The position numbers and the translations under genes are program-made. Positions 63,000 through 64,000 of a stretch of DNA of 64,000 nt are shown piece by piece; position 1 is the first letter of the stretch; the number at the start of each line of letters is the position of its first letter. This stretch comes from a virus. Taxonomy: Duplodnaviria > Caudoviricetes. The DNA lies in IMG/VR virus record IMGVR_UViG_3300026522_000021; one strand, 5' to 3'. The notes under the pieces are model-generated. The model saw only the letters and a list, made by a program, of their open reading frames with translations, did not search any database and was not told the DNA's origin.

Positions 63000-63563
63000 T
63001 CATTTATTACTTCTCCCTTCACCAAGATAATAGAAACGATCTATAACAACATTGTCCTTCTGGCTTTGGAAAGTCCCGAAAAGAATAGGGTCTTTTGCTC
63101 TTCTTTCTTTTTCTACTTGACGTTCTACATCACCTGTATAATCAGTGAACACAACGTATAACTTATCGAATTTGTCTTTGACCTTTGCGATCACTTCAAC
63201 AATTTCATCAGGGATTTCACGTTCATAGTTTTCAAGTTCGATAATCTTTACGACATCAGAAGCCACATTGTCTATGTAGTATTCAATATCATCGCGATAG
63301 ACGAATGTATCAATGCCCATCCTGACTATTTCACGTTCTTTTTCAATACATTCAAGATGGAATATTAGTTTCGCCGCGCCTTTGTATTGGTTTGTAATCT
63401 TGTATTTATTTAAAAGTTCCAAACAGTTATCATAAACGGCTTTCAGTTGTTCATCTGTCGCTTTAGATTTTCGCTCTTTCACAACAGCAAAATATTCTTG
63501 AGGCGTTAATTGTGCTTCTTCTGGCGTGTTCAAATTATCAAACGTCACATTCTCATCCATCAT
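63000..63563 (-). CDS. Hypothetical phage protein
   Basis: VFTDY, KDPILFG motifs. Confidence 0.6.
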   Translation of the reverse strand: MMDENVTFDNLNTPEEAQLTPQEYFAVVKERKSKATDEQLKAVYDNCLELLNKYKITNQYKGAAKLIFHLECIEKEREIVRMGIDTFVYRDDIEYYIDNVASDVVKIIELENYEREIPDEIVEVIAKVKDKFDKLYVVFTDYTGDVERQVEKERRAKDPILFGTFQSQKDNVVIDRFYYLGEGRSNK

Positions 63564-64000
63564 TATTTCCTTTCTTTATCAACATCCATAATTCAACGGT
63601 ATCAAATGATCCATTGTCATAGCTAACTACTCCATAAGTCTTTCCTTTATCACGTACAAAACCATGAAGTGTTGCGTGCTTTAATTTCTTACATCTTTTA
63701 CAATCCTTTCTTACTTTGTGTAAAACCTGACTATCAATGCATCCACAGCATTCATCGTATCCGGGCTTTACGAGGGTTTCCAGTTGTACCATTCACTGCT
63801 CCTCTTGCGCACAAAATAGTTTTCCAATATTTGAAATATCTGTTGTGCAATTAATTACATTTTTGAAAAACTAATAGTTACTGTATTTAGTTATTTTGTA
63901 TTATTTATTAGCAATAGCAGAGGATTTCTCTGCTATTCCGTCATTAAATCAAATACATCTACATTAGCCGCTACCGCCAATTTGCACAGGGCAAGCAACG

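Noticed and set aside
46-63854. The many other plus-strand ORFs in the six-frame track
   Set aside because: They overlap well-supported minus-strand genes or RNAs and have F/S/I/L-rich antisense composition
1-64000. Stop-codon reassignment to explain the fragmented MTases
   Set aside because: Core genes are full-length in the standard code, the MTase breaks involve frame changes or an intergenic gap, and no suppressor tRNA was seen

Overview
This is an AT-rich segment in which essentially every credible gene is on the minus strand. It looks like the early/replication arm of a large, probably temperate (SPbeta-like organisation) phage or prophage of a Clostridia-type host; no virion genes were seen. 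It contains: (i) nucleotide metabolism genes (dut, an FTR-like protein, nrdG, intein-containing nrdD, glutaredoxin, gmk, thyX); (ii) replication genes (DnaE split by a group I intron carrying a LAGLIDADG ORF, primase, DnaB, SSB, Sak3-like, SNF2); (iii) three DNA methyltransferases, two of them split in unusual ways; (iv) an RNA repair/maturation set (PNK-HD, RNA ligase, CCA enzyme, Thg1, a nucleotidyltransferase, YqeY); (v) a tRNA/tmRNA cluster; and (vi) MrpR-like, MazF-like, DUF262 and tyrosine recombinase genes. Three things stand out. First, a TROVE/Ro60-like vWA gene (DUF2828-type) sits among nine ncRNA-like elements that share a stem+CAGCAA module: four are tRNA bodies carrying the module in the anticodon arm, and five are free-standing, two of these displaying isolated Lys and Asn anticodon stem-loops. 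Second, six proteins share an N-terminal MKIRxDFVTNSSSSS motif and appear co-transcribed with an atypical radical SAM/SPASM enzyme. Third, the first gene of that operon carries what looks like a DGR variable region. All calls were made by eye, without database searches.
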